Shown here in pieces: positions 62,369-64,000 of a stretch of 64,000 nt of DNA (the first letter of the stretch is position 1; each line of letters begins with the position of its first letter). This DNA comes from Candidatus Latescibacterota bacterium (lineage in GTDB: Bacteria; Latescibacterota; UBA2968; GCA-2709665). The DNA lies in assembly GCA_965116875.1 (NCBI GenBank), contig OZ220733.1, positions 736,001 through 800,000 on the forward strand, given 5' to 3'. Under the pieces are notes generated by a model, which did not search any database, was not told the origin of the DNA, and saw only the letters and a list, made by a program, of their open reading frames with translations. The translations under genes were made by a program, and so were the position numbers.

Positions 62369-64000
62369 TCAATCACCAATGATGCCGCCGGCTTCCGGCC
62401 ACCGTCCCCCGTACTTCTCCCCCACAGCGTGGTGTAGCCCCGGTTTCTTCTTGCTCACCGCTGGCTTCGACGCACCAAATGACACATCGACGCCTCTGCG
62501 CCGGAGATCCGGAATGTGCACGTTGATCGAGGTCGCATTCAGTGGGTTATTCCTCACATCCAGGAGATCACCGCTGCCCATTCCGGTATTTGCAACGAGT
62601 GGCGCGAGATCCGAAACCTGGTTGCTTTCGAGATCCAGCCACTCCAGACGAGTCAGACCCGACAACGCAGACACATTTGATATGCTGTTGCCGGCAAGCC
62701 ACAACCACTCGATGTTTCGCAAAGTCGATAGTGCAGACACATTCGATATACTGTTGTCGTCAAGATCCAGAAACTCCAGACGGGTCAGACCCGACAGGGC
62801 CGATACGTTCGATATGCTGTTGCCGGCAAGCCACAATATACTCAGTTTGGTCAATTTAGATAGTAAAGACACATCCGAGATGCTATTGTTATCAAGATCC
62901 AACACTTCCAGACGAATCAGGCCCGATAGAGCCGATACATTCGAGATGCTGTTGTCCGAAAGACCCAGTCCTGTCAGGTTGATCAGATACGAAAGCGCAG
63001 ATACACTGGAGATGCCGTTGTCGGAGAGATCCAGGATTTCCAGACGGGTCAAGTCCGACAGCGCCGAAACATCGGATATCCTATTGCCCGCAATTCCCAA
63101 CACGCTCAGGTTGGTTAAGTTTAATAAGACAGACACAAGCGCAGACGTACTGGGAAAGCTGTTGTAGCCAAGGCCCAGGGTATCCAGACGGGTCAGACCC
63201 GAGAGGGGCATGACGTTCGAAATGCTGTTTTCGGAGAGATCCAGGAATTCCAGGCGGGTCAAACCCGACAAGGGCACAACGTTCGAAATGCGGTTGTCTG
63301 AAAGATCCAGCCGCTTCAGGTTCACAGCAGCTTCCAGCCCGGTCAGATCGCCGATCGACTTCGAGTATGCCTCAAGGCGAGTCAGGGTAGCCATCTCCGC
63401 CGGAGTGACCGGCGCACCCCGTGGCTTCCCTAGACTGTCGGTAATAATGGTACGCAGGGTTACGTCCGGAACGGAAACTTCATTTGGGCCATCACCGCCC
63501 GGCGTTCCATTGACCGAAAGGGTATTCTCACTGACGTACTTGCCCCTTACTCCGTTGATCGTGATTTCCGCTGCCAATCTGTATTCACCCGGGCTGGAGG
63601 GTGAATAGGAACACAGACCGGCGCGCTCCGTACCCGAAACGTCGACCCATGTCTGTCCATCCTTGCGCTGCCACTTGGACGTATGAGTCGTGTAAACGAC
63701 ACCGTTGACATTAGCGTTGTTCCAATGGATACATCTTCCAACCGATATGAAGCCAAACTGGACCCGACCGTCGGATACTCGAAGACCTGCCAGAGGCTTA
63801 TAATCCGCGGCGGGCGTCGTTGGACCACCCTCACCAGAGGTCGGAACCTGACTGCCGAATGCGCCCGCAAAGATCAGAAAATCCGAGAAGGCAACGGACC
63901 CATCGCCGTCCAGATCGAACCGCGGATCATACCGCGCATCGCCCCGGCTGGACCCGAAACTGCCCGCGAATGCAAGGAAGTCGGGAAACCCTACCGTCCC
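62369..64000 (-). CDS. dockerin-like + unknown beta domain + internalin-type LRR protein (5' end outside window)
   Basis: Frame is open from 64000 (GTVGFPDFLAFAGSFG..DLDGDGSVAFSDF) into ORF 62369..63577; 22-aa LRRs. Confidence 0.88.
   Translation of the reverse strand, partial: GTVGFPDFLAFAGSFGSSRGDARYDPRFDLDGDGSVAFSDFLIFAGAFGSQVPTSGEGGPTTPAADYKPLAGLRVSDGRVQFGFISVGRCIHWNNANVNGVVYTTHTSKWQRKDGQTWVDVSGTERAGLCSYSPSSPGEYRLAAEITINGVRGKYVSENTLSVNGTPGGDGPNEVSVPDVTLRTIITDSLGKPRGAPVTPAEMATLTRLEAYSKSIGDLTGLEAAVNLKRLDLSDNRISNVVPLSGLTRLEFLDLSENSISNVMPLSGLTRLDTLGLGYNSFPSTSALVSVLLNLTNLSVLGIAGNRISDVSALSDLTRLEILDLSDNGISSVSALSYLINLTGLGLSDNSISNVSALSGLIRLEVLDLDNNSISDVSLLSKLTKLSILWLAGNSISNVSALSGLTRLEFLDLDDNSISNVSALSTLRNIEWLWLAGNSISNVSALSGLTRLEWLDLESNQVSDLAPLVANTGMGSGDLLDVRNNPLNATSINVHIPDLRRRGVDVSFGASKPAVSKKKPGLHHAVGEKYGGRWPEAGGIIGD

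Noticed and set aside
38085-64000. Classical cellulosome
   Set aside because: No glycoside hydrolase, CBM or SLH domains recognised among the dockerin-bearing proteins in this window.

Overview
GC-rich bacterial chromosomal window. Gene content (PorV-like barrel, T9SS/FlgD-type C-terminal domains, many EF-hand-pair dockerin-like tags, YWTD/LRR/WD40/cadherin repeats) suggests a Latescibacterota/Gemmatimonadota-like FCB organism, possibly a sponge or invertebrate symbiont; this is inference, not a classification result. 1-13 kb is a patchy accessory region: orphan ParA plus partner, an EEP nuclease plus Nmad3-like gene, WYL, NudC and IS1182 remnants, REP-like palindromes, and a dockerin gene held between two copies of a metallo-beta-lactamase gene end. 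13-38 kb is mostly housekeeping and envelope genes (ABC transporter, S41 protease, GT2, RmlD-like, PorV-led operon, eno, NRAMP-like, AKR). 38-64 kb is a minus-strand array of secreted modular proteins. The main candidate system is a non-cellulolytic cohesin-dockerin network: 11 dockerin-like ORFs in two sequence classes, 4 cohesin-like domains, and one small cohesin + T9SS/FlgD-CTD protein, with metalloproteases and eukaryote-like repeats as cargo rather than glycoside hydrolases. No rRNA, tRNA, CRISPR array or intact transposase was seen. Domain calls come from motif recognition by eye, not from HMM searches.
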